Origin: Lama guanicoe
Lineage: Eukaryota
Reading direction: 5' to 3'
Assembly (NCBI GenBank): GCA_013239625.1
Contig: MU054391.1
Coordinates: forward strand, 8,279,095 to 8,343,094
DNA length: 64,000 bases
Shown here: piece by piece, positions 24,891-38,760 of the stretch
Position numbering within the stretch: the first letter of the stretch is position 1
Layout: every line of letters begins with the position of its first letter
Position numbers and translations under genes: made by a program
The notes under the pieces: model-generated
The model's input: the letters and a program-made list of their open reading frames with translations, nothing else
The model's database searches: none
Told to the model about the DNA's origin: nothing

Positions 24891-26355
24891 TTAAAAAACA
24901 TAGATGCCAATGAGCCATTTATAATCCTTGCCTCGGGCATTTTCCATCTTTCAGTAGAGGTTATTCCAGGCTATCAAAAATATTATTTGGATTTGTGAAC
25001 ATTTAGGCTTAGTCCCATGTGATAATCTTTCCTTCACCTGATTCAGAAGTAGAATCTCTTCCATTTTCATTTCTGCTGATTGCCCTAGTCTACACATTTG
25101 GCCACCTCAAATTGTTTATATATCATATACAACTCAAAGTAATTCAATGGTGGATATGAAATTCTACTCCATCACCAGTGAGTGTGATGAGCTACAAAGA
25201 TGAGAATCCTGTCACTCCAACCCCCTCTTTAAATTTTATTATTTATAGCTAACTTGGCTATCCCCTATACTTATGGTTCAAGTACAAATGCTTGCATAGC
25301 AAAATGCAAATTTTCAAAGGAAGAATTATTCTTTCATCAGATTGTCATTTTCATTTTAGTTAGAGATGAGTGAGTAGGTAATCCCCATTAAACTTTCTCT
25401 TTTGGAGAGAAGAAAACTATCATGTTTTATAGTTTTTAATATGAAATTGAACTTTGTCAAAAATCCAAAAAATTATGATAAAAATCATAAAATAGCATGA
25501 TACGGTTGAGGAATATCCAAGAGGTAAATGTTAATATTGCATTTTCTAAAAACCAAAGGCCAAATACTGAGGTAAGAACTTCACATCTATCAACTTACTG
25601 TCTGCCAATCTTTGTAAGCCCATGTCATCTAATTCCTTTTTTTTCCCTTGAGAAAAAACTGATACTCATAATTTAGATAATTTCCAGATATCCTTTAATT
25701 AATGGATTGGAGACTTAATATCTGTATCCAAAACTTTTGATGTAAAGCTTATTCCTCCAGTAAAATTCTTGGGAAGATAGTTATAAAAACAGATATGCTG
25801 GAAGCTTTGGCTTTTCAAATTTGGGGAAAAAAATTAACTTTATGGAAGTGTCATGGTCACCTCAACTAATTTAAAGATCTACCTATCAAGCAATGGTTTA
25901 GGAACTGCTATACACCATTGAAATAAGTAGAAATTGCTAGATTATAATAGGTTTACTGTAACACAATATAGTTTCATTGTTGCTGTTGTTCACAGTATGA
26001 GTTCATGTGTTGATAAAAACATGACTTAAAGCTGTGCAAATAACAGTTTCTGTCTGTCTAGGCCCTAGAACCTTACTTATAAAATGAAACACCCACCAAG
26101 TACTATGTAAATTTTCTTTCTATATGGTTTTACTATTTTCCAAAAATGTTTAATGGGTTAAGATTGAAGTCTAGAGAACCAAGTGCAGAGCATACTTTAT
26201 CATTTTTAAAAAACGATCTCTCTTATCTTTTATCTCTCTTTGGATAAAAAACTGTCTTTTTGGAATTTCTAGATTCTCGCTTGATGGACATTAATCTTAC
26301 ATTATTTTTCTCTTGGTGGCAAACTCCTGAAGTTTTCCATGCTGATGTGCGGTAC

Positions 26356-26694
26356 TGCTATGGATTGAGTATTTGTGTCCTCCCTTTGAAATTCTAATCC
26401 CCAAAGGTGATGGTATTAGTAGGTTGGGCCCTTGGGAGGTGATTAGGTCACAAGGGCAACACCTTCATGAATGAGATTAGTGCTCTTACAAAAGAGACAC
26501 CAGAACTCTCAACCCCTCTCTTCATGTGAGGATGCAATGAGAAGTCTGGGAACAGGAAGAAGACCTTCACCTGACTATGTTGGCATCCTGATCTTAGACT
26601 TTCAACCTCTGCAATTGTGAGAAATAAATTTCTATTATTTATAAGCTACTCAGTCTGTGGTGTTTTGCTATAGTAGCCCAAAGGGACAAAGATA
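26356..26694 (+). mobile_element. MaLR solo LTR (MLT1A-like)
   Basis: tgctatggattgagtatttgtgtcctccc ... gtgagaaataaatttct ... tatagtagcccaaagggacaaagata; TSD ggtac / agtac. Confidence 0.9.
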
Positions 26695-28719
26695 AGTACC
26701 TTCATCTTCAACTAGTATGTAGAAAGTAGAGCAGGGGTCATATTAGAACAAACATCTTAGGCATTAGCACCCAAATATCATTAGGCAGTGTTCAATTCCA
26801 TGGCCTTGTGAGATATTAACATCCTGATACATTTCCACTTAGAAATATTCAACCAAATGAATTTTCATAGATATGAACAAAGATACTGACAAACCAAAAA
26901 ATGTTAAATCTGTCTGCCCATCACTCACAAATATAACACTGAACAATACTATTTTGGATCAAACTCTATAGGATGAAAAGGCATTGCAGATTTTAACCTA
27001 TTGACAGATATTTGTTATCACTGTGATGTTCTCTGTTTTTTCATGGAATTGACTCAGTGGGTAAAGGAGTTAATGGATCATTTCAAGCACTATATATTTT
27101 TAAATCCCTAGTTATCTTTTTCTAAAATATGCATTTTTGTTTTATTCTGTAAAATATTAATAATAATTTTAGCAAATCTTCATTGTATTAAGTTATACAA
27201 TTGTTGCTTTATGAAGATCAAATTGATATATATAGTTGCTGTCTATGCTGACCAGCACAATTCTCCCCTGGGGATCCACAAACTTGTTTACTAACAAACA
27301 GAGGTCAGAACAATGATGACTGTGACAGAGAAAGTTCAGATATGGCATGCCCAAAGTAATCACAAAGCTATAATGCCACACAGCCTCTCCTGGGGTTAAT
27401 GGATTGAATAGACAGTCAGAAATTTGCAATGAAGAAAATATCACATAAAGACTTAGTACTTGAATTCTGAACCTCAGCCAAATGCACTGGTGTGAAAGAT
27501 AAGGGTTTGAAACACTCTAAAGTAAGACCTAGATATCCCAGCTGTCAAGTGAGAGAGCATGAGATAAGCCTACGGGAGCCACACACAGATCACAGAAAAC
27601 TGGTCTCATCCAACACAGATCTATCTCATCAGCCCCCTGAGTAACAGTTCTTGTTTATTTCTTGAGGTGGAGGCACCAGGAATGGAGAGCAGAACCCGCT
27701 CCAGTCAACTTAATCATTCAGCGTTGCACAGAATGTGAATGTGGTAAACTCCTTGTATCTCTCTTCCAGAGTGTGGATTTGGTTGTTCCCAACTAATCCC
27801 TTTGTTGTTTTAATGGAATTCTAAGTCAAGGAGACACTGCTGCTCTCTGACAGACAGGTAACTCAGGTCTGTGAAGTCCACCTGAGAGGTACCCACAGTA
27901 GGCAAATGAGACAAGAAGCCCAATTCAGAAAACCATATTAACTGGGTTTGACTCTGCCTGAGTGTTACACATACCTTATTATTGCAATACATTTTCCCTT
28001 TAGATGACTTTTTTTTTCTTTTTTTTCTTTTTTTGTTAACGATAGAATGGATCTGTATGTGGTCAATTCACTTCTCAAAAATTCTTCCTCTAGTGACAGG
28101 CTGAAGTGATTTCACATTAAGGGAAAATGAGTTTTGCTGCTCTTCATAAATTGTTAATGAGCTTTTTTGAACAACTGTAGCCCGAACCTGATTCACAAAA
28201 GAACCTTCTCACACTGGCCATTAACATGTCTATAACAATAAAGGAAAAGAAAAATATCAAGTAAGTGATGCCACTTGCTGAGAAACTATTTTCCTCTCTT
28301 CATTTCGGCCCATTAGATTATTTCTCCCCATGACACTGCCAAACAGCCTGGATTCAGTTTGACAGTTAAGCCTTCAGATGTCTCACTTTGCAAAGGGAAG
28401 AAAACTTCAATGCTGGGTAGCAAGAAAGATGTCAGGAGAGCTAGATTTTATTTTCAACTTTTTCATTCACCAGCTTGTGTGCCACTGGGCAACTAATTCC
28501 TTTGTTCTGGACTAGTTTCCAATGTGCCAAATATGTATAAAATGGATCTTTTTCCCAAAGCTTAAAAAACTTCGAAGTACCTTTCCTTATTAAGATACAG
28601 TAATGCTAATAAATGCGTAACTTCTGAAACTCTATCCTTTAATTTTTTGCAGAGATTTCTCCCTGAACAGTTTCCCGTTGCTTGTTTTCATTCCCTTCAA
28701 ACGAAGCATCGACTCATGA

Positions 28720-29910
28720 GATGTTGCATTTAAATTAGAATGGATTGAGACAAACTTGAGACAAATCTCAGTGATTCCTCCCTTAGCTCATCTCACTTCT
28801 CACTTTATCGTACAGACAAAGTAAAGAAGCCAATTGGTACCTTCATCACTCCCTGGGCGTTCCCTCCGCCAGATTCACAAGCTTATTAGGTACACTTTCC
28901 ACCTTCCACGTGACTGTAGGTGGCAGTTTCACTAATCTTCCTGTCAGCACATGATACTAGGGTCCCCTTTTCTCTAGCTGTTCCCAACAGTCTCTTCAAG
29001 GTTCTTTAGGTCCACACTTGCTTCTTGATACTAAATCCGGCGCTTCATCTTTTGAGTTTTTGTTACCACAGCCAATTTCTAGTGTAATTTCTGTCTTTTT
29101 TAATCTTCTTCCATATAACAAGCTACCCCCAAAACTTTGTACCTTAAAATAGCCATCACTTTATTGTTTCTCTTGATTTCGCACAGGGCAATAGACTTAT
29201 CTGGTCTCACCTCGATGACTGGTGGGGCTGAGAAATCTGCAGCAGCTTGACTAGTCCTGTGTCTATTGCCTTTGCAAGGAAAGTTCTTGTGGTGGAGGGT
29301 TAGCTAAGGGAGCTAGGTTGGCATGGTCTGGATTTTCAGTTCTGCTATGTGTAATCTCAAAGGCCTCACTCTTTCCACATGGGCTCTCCATATTTTCTCT
29401 TCATGTGGTCTCATCTAGAATTCTGACATGAGAATTTAGGATTTCTAAGGGTTTAGAAGTGGAAGTTTTAAGAATATGTATCTTAAAGTTTAGGCAAGGA
29501 CTGACACAGTAATTTTTTGCCATGTTGTATTCCGAAAGTGTCTCAGTTCAGGCTGCTGCAATAAAATACCATTGAGTAGGTGTCTTGTAAATAGTAGAAA
29601 TTTACTTCTCAAAGTGCTAGAGGCTGGAAGCCTGAGATCAGGATGCTGACATGGCCAGGTTTTGGTTTCCTCATTGTACCCTCACATGGCAGAGGAGAGA
29701 AAGAGCTCTCTGGGTCTCTCTCATATAGGTACTAATTCTCTTCATGAGGGCTCCAACCTCATGATCCATTTATATCTCAGAGGCCCCACCTGCTAATACG
29801 ATCATCATATTGGGGTTTAAGATTTTTACACAAGATTTTTGAGGGGACACAAATATCTAGCTCATAATAGCAAGCCATAAGCCAAGCCTGACTTCAGATA
29901 GTGAAGATTA
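28720..29910 (-). mobile_element. MLT1 LTR with adjoining MLT1 internal fragment, interrupted by a younger MaLR LTR
   Basis: ccttccacgtgactgtaggtggcagtttcactaa (internal), accaattt-like junction near 29070, LTR body ataacaagctacccccaaaact. Confidence 0.6.
29539..29869 (-). mobile_element. MaLR solo LTR (MST/MLT1A-like), nested
   Basis: tgtctcagttcaggctgctgcaataaaatacc ... gaggggacacaaatat; TSD gaaag / gcaag. Confidence 0.85.
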
Positions 29911-30639
29911 CAAAAAAAATCACCAAAACCAAAACCATAGCTATTTGATATTCCCAATGCAATTGACTCCCATGGTGACAGAGAAAATAAAGGCAAATAA
30001 TGTTTCTTTTGAAGATCGGGAAAATTGGATTTAAAATCATAGAGTTGATCATTGTTTTGAATTAGAGGACAATATTGGAGATAGAAAAAGATGGTTAGTT
30101 TTGCAAGGTCTTGAAGAAGTGAAGCTGATTAGGTCTGCAGTTGCCCGGATGTTAGGATGAGGAAGTGAGAATGTGAGAACATATACAAAAAGCTAGTAGT
30201 CAAGTTGATAGGATATAAACAAAGATGTAAAAATGGAATGTGAATTAGCTCCACCATCACAAGTAGCACTTAATTACCCCCTACATATGGCTGGGGCAGG
30301 AGGCTTAAGTCCATATAATGCAGGTCACACATGGCCCTTCAAAAGCTCACATACTCCAAAACAGGCACATTTGTGGATATACATCCAAAAGAAAATAAGG
30401 TGATGGGATAACTCAGTACAAGTTACAGGCCACTGAACTATATTTTACTGACAGAGATAAGAGGACTAGAGCAAAGGAAATGTATTCAATAAAGGGGTAA
30501 GTTGCCAACTCCACCAGCAGCCATGTAGTTTTACTCCACCACTAAGACTGGGGAGAGACAAAGAGTAGGAGTCCCATAGCGACTTGCATAGTGAGTTGGG
30601 CTGAAGTCTTTCTGATTGGGGGACCCAAAGAATTTAGCC

Positions 30640-33230
30640 AGTGCAATAGAGGACAAGAAGAAGGGCAAAAAATGGAAGAGAAATAAATAAAACTCTCACT
30701 ATTCATAGATTATCGCATTACACATGTAGAAAATCCAAAATCATCTCCTGGCAAACTCTAGGAATTAATGAACTGAGCATGCTGGTTGTATAGAAGTCAA
30801 GTCAATTAAAAATAAATTTGACATGTATGTACCAGCAATGTACAGTTAGAAAATGAACTTCCAATATGATTCAATTATAGTAACATTAACCATATCAAAT
30901 AACTAAATAATAATAAAACACGCTTAAAATCTTGACATTAGAGGTTGCAAAGCATTATTGTGAGAAATTATAGATAGATATGTATATATACACATGCATG
31001 TACAGACATATATACCTACACACCCACACACACGGATATTCATTGTACTTGGATAAGACTTGAGATTATAAAGATGACAACTTTTTCTCAAATAAATATT
31101 TTGATTTAATTTGATATAAATAAAAACCAGGTAAAATGTTCTTTTATGTTTGTTGAAAATGGCATGCTATAAAATTATAAGTACAAAGGGTCTTATATAG
31201 CTAAGCTATTTTCAAGAAGAAAAATCTGGATGACTTACTCTAACTTATATTAAAATTCATTATAAAGCTTTAGCAATTAAGAGTTTAGAGAGTTGTGAAA
31301 GTATAGACAATTAGACCAATGATATGCAGAAGAGTTGCAAAAATTTCAAATTCATGCAGTCTCCTGATACATAAAAATGAGCCACCAGATTATGAAGGCA
31401 AAAGATATAGTTTTTTAAATAATTGTTGCTGGGCTAAATGTATATCAACTTTTTTTTTAAGAATATAGATTCCTATCTTATATTACACATAAAAAAAAAT
31501 CAAAGTTGATCCCCAAATCTAAATGTATAAAGTAAAACTACCAGAAGATAAAACAGAATATCTCCATAAATTGAGTTAGCAAAATGTTTTAAATGGGTCA
31601 ACAAATCATTAATCCTAATGGGGAAAATTGTACTTTCAACTGCAGTACAATCAAAAAGTCATCATAAAAAATAAAGAAAAAAGAAAAATAACTTTAACTC
31701 AAATAAAATTGCTACTTTCAATACAAAAAAAAAAAAGAATGAGAAGGTAAGCCACAAAGGATATTTCCCTCCTTTCTCCCTCCTCTCCGTCCCCCCTTAT
31801 TTATTTATGTGCACACACACTCACACACACATACACCTCTTGGTCATCTCCAATTAAAAAATGCAAAAAAGACTGGAACATGTACTTTACAAAGTAGGAT
31901 ATCCAAATGAAAAAGTACTGATCTTCACAGCAAATACAGTTACATGTGTAAATACAAATTAGAAGCAGAGTATGAAACCTTTATACACCAGAAGAATGGC
32001 TAAAATGAAAACACAGAAAATGTCAGATGTTTATGAGATTGTAGAATCAAAACAGTCAAAAGTACTGCTGAATTTCCACATGCACAAGAATAAAGTGAAA
32101 TCGTATTTTAAAAATTACTAAAAATGGATCCGAGATTTGGATTTAAGAGCTAAAGGCATAAAACTCTTAGAAAAAATCATACAGATAATTTTTCATGATC
32201 TTAGATTTGGCAAGAACTTTTTATATATAACACCAAAAGCATGAGCAACAAAAGAAAAACAGATGAAGTGGTCTTCAATAAAACTGGAAAAACATAACAG
32301 AAAAGAATATGAAAGGAATATACATGATGTTTGGTCCTATCCAAAACCTCCATGAGTATATTTGATCAATGCTAAATGGTTTCAGATAGGAACAAGTGTC
32401 AACGACATTTCGACGTGGACAAAAGATCTAAAGGAGGTTTTGGACAGGGCCAAACGTCTGCTAACTGAAATATCTTCAATAAGCAAATTCACTGAGATAG
32501 AAAATACAGGACAGATGATCAGAGGCCAGAAGGGAGGAATGGGGAGTTACTGCTAAATGGACACAGTTTGTGTTTCTGTAATGACACTTTTCGGAAGTAG
32601 ATTGTAATAGTTGTACAAATTGTGAATTTAACTAATGCCACTGAATTGTATGCTTAAAAATGATTGAAAATATACAAATTTTTATATTATTTCTATTTTA
32701 TCATAAAGATAATGAACCTACTTTTGGGGATTTCAATTTGTAAAATCACTTTGGAATTCCGAGTATCTACTGAACGTATTCGTACACTATGACTCAGTGT
32801 TTTACACTTATACCAAACCTAAACGTGCATATTCCTCCACCAAAAGACATTTTCTACAGTTATCATTGAAGCACTGCATATGGGAGAATGGACACACACA
32901 AGCTGTGGTATATTCATACTCTATTGTAATGAAAATTAACAAAGTACAAAAATGCACATAAATTTGCAAAAAAACTCAAACTTGAGTTTGAAAAAAGCCA
33001 GAGGCAAAGTAATATGTGTTTTTATAATTCCAATAATATAATATATATAGAAGATAAACAACATTAATCTATGGTTTGGGGTAAAAATATGGTTATCCTC
33101 AGGGTGACTGTTAAATACTTGAAAGGATCATGGGGTTGAAAGTCCTGGACTGTGATAACATTCTGTGTTCTGACATGGCTGTAAACTTTTCCACATTTAT
33201 GTTATGTTTCAATAAAAAGTTTATATAAAA
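30640..33230 (+). mobile_element. Old L1 (L1ME/MC-type) ORF2 and 3' UTR, with a nested L1MB-type piece at ~32085-32710
   Basis: ctcactattcatagat..gtagaaaatccaaaa; attataaagc..gcaattaag; gggagttactgctaaatgg; atgttatgtttcaataaaaag. Confidence 0.8.
32300..32468. mobile_element. Probable non-autonomous DNA-transposon fragment with a 26-bp inverted repeat (possibly MER99-like)
   Basis: 32326-32351 and 32433-32458 are inverted repeats (23/26); the sequence is not L1-like; family name is tentative recall. Confidence 0.5.
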
Positions 33231-36200
33231 ATACAGAACTAAACATAAAATGTACATTGTAAATGAGTAAAATGATGTTTCAGTTATTTAAATGTTACAC
33301 CAGAGAGGCAAATGTGATTACACTGGCAACTAGCAGCTATGTAAATCACAGCCAGATTTCTTGCTAATGTTAGATTCAACTAATACAAGGTTTACTTCAA
33401 AATATGCTGACAAGAGGGGAATGGGACTATGAAGTGGCTGGTGAATCACTGGAATTTATGGGCAGGCGGAACGGCACAGATGTCTCTGGCCTCAGCCTAT
33501 TCATAGGCACCAGTTATATAGCAGACATACCACCGCTTCAGTTACAATGTAATGCACACCTCACCGAATTCTCTCTTGCAGTTTATCCCAAAGTTATGGA
33601 CAGTTTCCTAATTTACTGGATAACCATTTACAAACTTTTTCACACCTAAATAATATAAAGACATTCTTTGGGTCTTTTGGAAGACTCTGAGGATGTACAC
33701 ATGTATTTCTCTGAGCTGTTCAGATGACAGCCACTGAAAGTGGCTGAGCGGGTGAAGTGAACAAGTGACATTGTGGGTATGTTTTGTTTTTTGCTTCTTA
33801 ACTGAGACAATAGTAGGCTTGTTACCTGGCATAACAATTTTGAGCAGTAATTTGATAATATAAAGATTTCAAAGAACCAGTGATTACTCTAGTGGAAGTC
33901 AAACCTAAAGAAACAGTATGTGGAAAATATTATGCACAAAGATCTCCATAATGATATGAATTACAAAGATGAAGAAAAGTAGAAAATTATACATTATAAA
34001 TTTTTATCAAGAAAGTGATAGTTGAATAAACTATGGGGAAGTCAGTCACTTGATAGGATTATTTTCTTCTGTCAATAATCATAAATCATAATGTCTATTT
34101 AATTTTGCCCATAAATAAAACAATCCAATATTAATGTTAGGGCAGCAGGAATTTCAATTAGAAATATGACATGTCTTTAATTATTAAAATAGGGAATAAA
34201 CTTTAATACATGTAGCTTATACTAAAAAAAACTGTGAAAATATATACTTACAAAGAATTTTTGATATAGCATATGCTTATAATAATGTAAACATAAGTAT
34301 ATAATGTATGTAATGTAATGATATATAAAATTATGATTAAGGAAAATGCAATATTTATTTAAATGTATCAATAATGTGAAACAGATATTAAGGAATTTGA
34401 ATAAGTAGAACTTGGTGATTATAAGACAGAATTAGGAAGGGGGAGAATCTGGAGTAATTTATAGTTTTGTAACTTACAACTTCATAGTTCAGGAAGGGAG
34501 TTTAAGGATGATTACAGATGTGGTTCTATGTATCATGAATGTTACATGCTTAAGGAATATTTCAGTGGGCTTCCTTAGGCATTCCACTTTTAAGAAATAT
34601 AATAATTTATTATTAGAATTCATCTCAGATCTAGACTTGAGTTCCCTGATACCTAATTCATCTATACATGCAATTTATTCTAACAGCTTTGCCTTGTCGT
34701 ATAAAATATGGACTCTTATTTTACTGTAATTGTCCTGTTGTTTTAGGGACAATTTTACATCATGACTTGTCTATGATTTGTGTTTTTTTCTCCCTAATAT
34801 TTCTGTTCACATGAAGAAGGGAAGCTTCTAAGCTTCATATCAGCAGGGCTGTCATTAGAGATAAATATAGAACAGCAAATGAATGAGGTCTCTGTTCAGG
34901 ATTATGTAGAATAAATGTCCCTTAAGCAAATAACTCCTTGCTACTTAATACAATTTTGTTTACCTCAAATGACACATCAAATAAATGACCACATTGATGC
35001 TTGAACTAAGTTTCTTGATCTATATAAAACTCTTTGAGTTGTGAACAAGATTTGACTGTGACTGTAAAAAGTGAAAGGAGTTTCAAGTGTTGCAAAACGA
35101 TTTCCAAGTGAAATAAATAAATGAGTTGTGGGCAATGTTAAGGAAATAGTGGTGAATATGGGTATCACACTGCAGTTGGTTGAAAAGTGAGTGGGAGGTA
35201 AGAAAATGAAGATAATCGATGTAGATGGTTCATGTGAGAAGTCAGGTTCTGAAGGAAATAGAAGAGGTATTTACTTATATTAGGAGACTTATTTTTTTCC
35301 GAGGTAAGAAAAATAAAGAACATTATAGCAGATTTATTGGAAAGCACTGTAAGATATAAAATGATGGATGAATTTGAACACTTGTAAATAATGAGACAGT
35401 TAACTAACCCATTTTCAAATAGGAGGTCATTTATTGTCATTTATACTCAAAAGGAACTGAGTTTGAAACAGCAAGACCATTAAGGGTGTCTTTTGTACAC
35501 TTACACTTGTCTCTCCTCGTACTTTTTATTATTCTACAGACACAAATTTATGAACAACTTATTGCAGTAAATTTACCATATCTCAGGTTTATTACTTCTA
35601 GTGTTGTATGTAGATTTTATTATGTTGTTTGTTGGCCTTATAAAATGAAATAGATTTACTATTCAGACTGTGAAGCATTAAGTGATTTATGATTGGAAAA
35701 TGATCCATCAGCATCGTCACCACTACCACCCTGAGTGCTATAAGGAAAAGTATATTGACAGAAGCTAATTTCATGACAGTGTCCAAGGCACTGCAGGGTT
35801 TTGGAAAGCAAAAGTCCAGAGGATCATTCTAATTCAGTATAAATGTTTCTCATCTCCTTTGTGCACTGCAAATTTCCGCATAAGCATAATGGCTAACCCC
35901 TACTCTATTAAGGTTTGAAAATGTAAAGCAGCATGAGAGGGGTAGGATCAGACAGATCTATTTTGGCTCTAACCTATCTAATATATCAGCTCCCTAATCT
36001 AGGAAAATGTAACTATTCTTTTAGAGCATATGTGAAAGGGGCTTATTAATTTCTTAAAGTTTATTCTGTGAAACAGAGTGTATATATATGTATATGTGCA
36101 TATATAATGCTTACCTTGGCAAAAATTAGTATTTACTAAAGAAGTCCTGATGATTTTTAATAATCTGAGAAACAATAGAGAAATTGTTTAAATCTCAAGA

Positions 36201-36426
36201 ACCTCAATGAGCTAGCCAATCTTTGAGATAAAACTTGGCTGATATATTCAAACTGACACATAAAATATGTTGTAATTTGTAACAGAAAGTATTTGAAAAG
36301 CAAATTCCAAATATTAGTTGACTCCAGATCAAGTTTTAATTCAAATTTTTAAAGGCAATTGGATTGTAGGTAAAGTTTTTTCGTTTGAAAGTATATAAAA
36401 CATAATACTCTCAAAAAGTCAAATGA

Positions 36427-37712
36427 ACACTCCCTTACACCATACACAAAAATCAACTCAAGATGGATCAAAGACTTAAACATAAGACAAGATACAGTAA
36501 ACCTCCTAGAAGAAAATATAGGCAAAACATTATCTGACATACATCTCAAAAATGTTCTCCTAGAACAGTCTACTCAAGCAATAGAAATAAAAGCAAGAAT
36601 AAACAAATGGGACCTAATGAAACTTATAAGCTTCTGCACAGCAAAGGAAACCAGAAGTAAAACAAAAAAGACGACCAACGGAATGGGAGAAAATTTTTGC
36701 AATTGAGACCGACAAAGGCTTGATCTCCAGAAAATATAAGCAGCTCATATGACTTAATAAGAAAAACACAAACAACTCAATCCAAAAATGGGCAGAAGAC
36801 CTAAACAAGCAATTCTCCAAGGAAGACATACAAATGATCAATAGGCACATGAAAAAATGCTCAATATCACTAATTATCACAGAAATGCAAATCAAAACTA
36901 CAATGAGGTATCACCTCACACCAGTCAGAATGGCCGTCATTCAAAAATCCACAAATGACAAATGCTGGAGAGGCTGTGGAGAAAAAGGAACCCTCCTACA
37001 CTGCTGGTGGGAATGCAGTTTGGTGCAGCCACTGTGGAAAACAGTGGCTTCTGAGATTCCTCAAAAGACTAGGAATAGACTTACCATATGACCCAGGAAT
37101 CCTGCTCCTGGGCATATATCCAGGAGGAACCCTACTTCAGGATGACACTTGCACCCCGATGTTCATAGCAGCACTATTTACAATAGCCAAGACATGGAAA
37201 CAGCCTAAATGTCCATCATCAGATGACTGGATAAAGAAGCTGTGGTATATTTATACAATGGAATACTACTCAGCCATAAAACCCGACAACATAACGCCAT
37301 TTGCAGCAACATGGATGCTCTTTGAGAACGTCATTCTAAGTGAAGTAAGCCAGAAAGATAAAGAAAAATACCATATGAGATTGCTCATATGTGGAATCTA
37401 AAAAACAAACAAACAAGCAAACAAACAAAACATAACTACAAAACAGAAACAGACTCACATAGAATACAAACTTGTGGTTGACAAGGGGGCAGGGGTGGGA
37501 AGGGATAGACTGGGATTTCAAAATGCAGAATAGATAAATAAGATTATACTGTATAGAACAGGGAAATATATACAAGATCTTATGGTAGCTCACAGCAAAA
37601 AAAAAGTGACAATGAATATATATATATGTTCATGTATAACTGAAAAATTGGGCTCTACATTGGAATTTGACACAACATTGTAAAATGATTTATAAATCAA
37701 TAAAAATGTCTA
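36427..37712 (+). mobile_element. Young 5'-truncated L1 (camelid-type): ORF2 C-terminus, 3' UTR and short A tail
   Basis: ORF2 motifs [18 protein letters not shown] and MFIAALFTIAKTWKQPKCPS..WIKKLWYIYTMEYYSAIK; stop at 37401; AATAAA at 37699; TSD core gtcaaatga at 36418-36426 and 37719-37727. Confidence 0.95.
36834..37401 (+). pseudogene. L1 ORF2 C-terminal (Cys-rich) coding remnant, frameshifted near 37045
   Basis: ORFs 36834-37091 and 36955-37401 carry consecutive parts of L1 ORF2p in different frames. Confidence 0.9.
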
Positions 37713-38414
37713 AAAAATGTCAAATGATTCATTGTTACTACTTGTATATATTTTTCAGATTTAGTGAAAATGTCTTATTAATATTATTTGATTTGATAGA
37801 GCATCAGTCTACTATTAAAGTATTAGGAAATTTGGCTAAATCTGTGATTTATTAGCTCCTTGAATGTTGACTTTCTTTGCGATATTCTCCCAATTACTGT
37901 TGATTTGTCTTGTCTCTTACTCATCAAATAGATTGTCTTTTCCACACTATAGTATAACTATAAAGGGAGACCCTTTAGTATTTGTGACTTTTCATCTCCT
38001 ACCCATATGTTGTTCCTCAAAAATATCCGTGCTTCTTTAGTCCCATATTGGGATACAATCATCTCCACAAATGGGTCATTTTCTCTAAATATGGTAGGGA
38101 TAGTTTAAGACATTTCTACAGTTTATTAAATGATTAACACTGTGTTGCTCCCTCAGAATAGAAATATGAACAAGGCATTCCTGACTTTAAAAACTCATGT
38201 AGATCTCTTTCATTGCTTCCATCTCTTAATAGGCAATGTAAAAATGCGATTTTTAGGTGCATAAATCAAACCATAGAGGAGATACTCTCAATACAAACAT
38301 GGAAGCAAGATTTGTATGATCAAGGTGAATTGAACTTTCAGCTGAAATGGTAAAGTAGGCTGCATACAACATTTTTCTTGAAGAATTCACAATATGAGCA
38401 ACTAACCTTTCTTT

Positions 38415-38760
38415 TTTTACTATTTTTTAAAATTAAAGTATACTTGATTTACAATGATGTATTCATTTCTGGTGTACAGCATAGCGATTCAGTTATTTAT
38501 ATATATATATATATAAAATATGTATCATATATATATGTGTGTGTATATATATATATCCTTTTTCATAGTTGTTTTTCATTACAGGTCACTACAAGCCATT
38601 GAATATAGTTCCCTGTGCTATCCAGTAGGACCCTGCTGTTTATCTATTCTGTATGTAGTAGTTTGTATCTGCCATTCCCAAACTCCCAATTCATTCCTCC
38701 CTATCCGCTTCTCCCCACTGGTAACCATTAATTTGTTTTCTATGTCTATGAGTCTCTTTC
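38415..38760 (-). mobile_element. L1 3' end (laurasiatherian/cetartiodactyl type) containing (TA)n
   Basis: ttaaagtatacttgatttacaatg..ttctggtgtacagcatagcgattcag .. gaatatagttccctgtgctatccagtagg. Confidence 0.85.
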
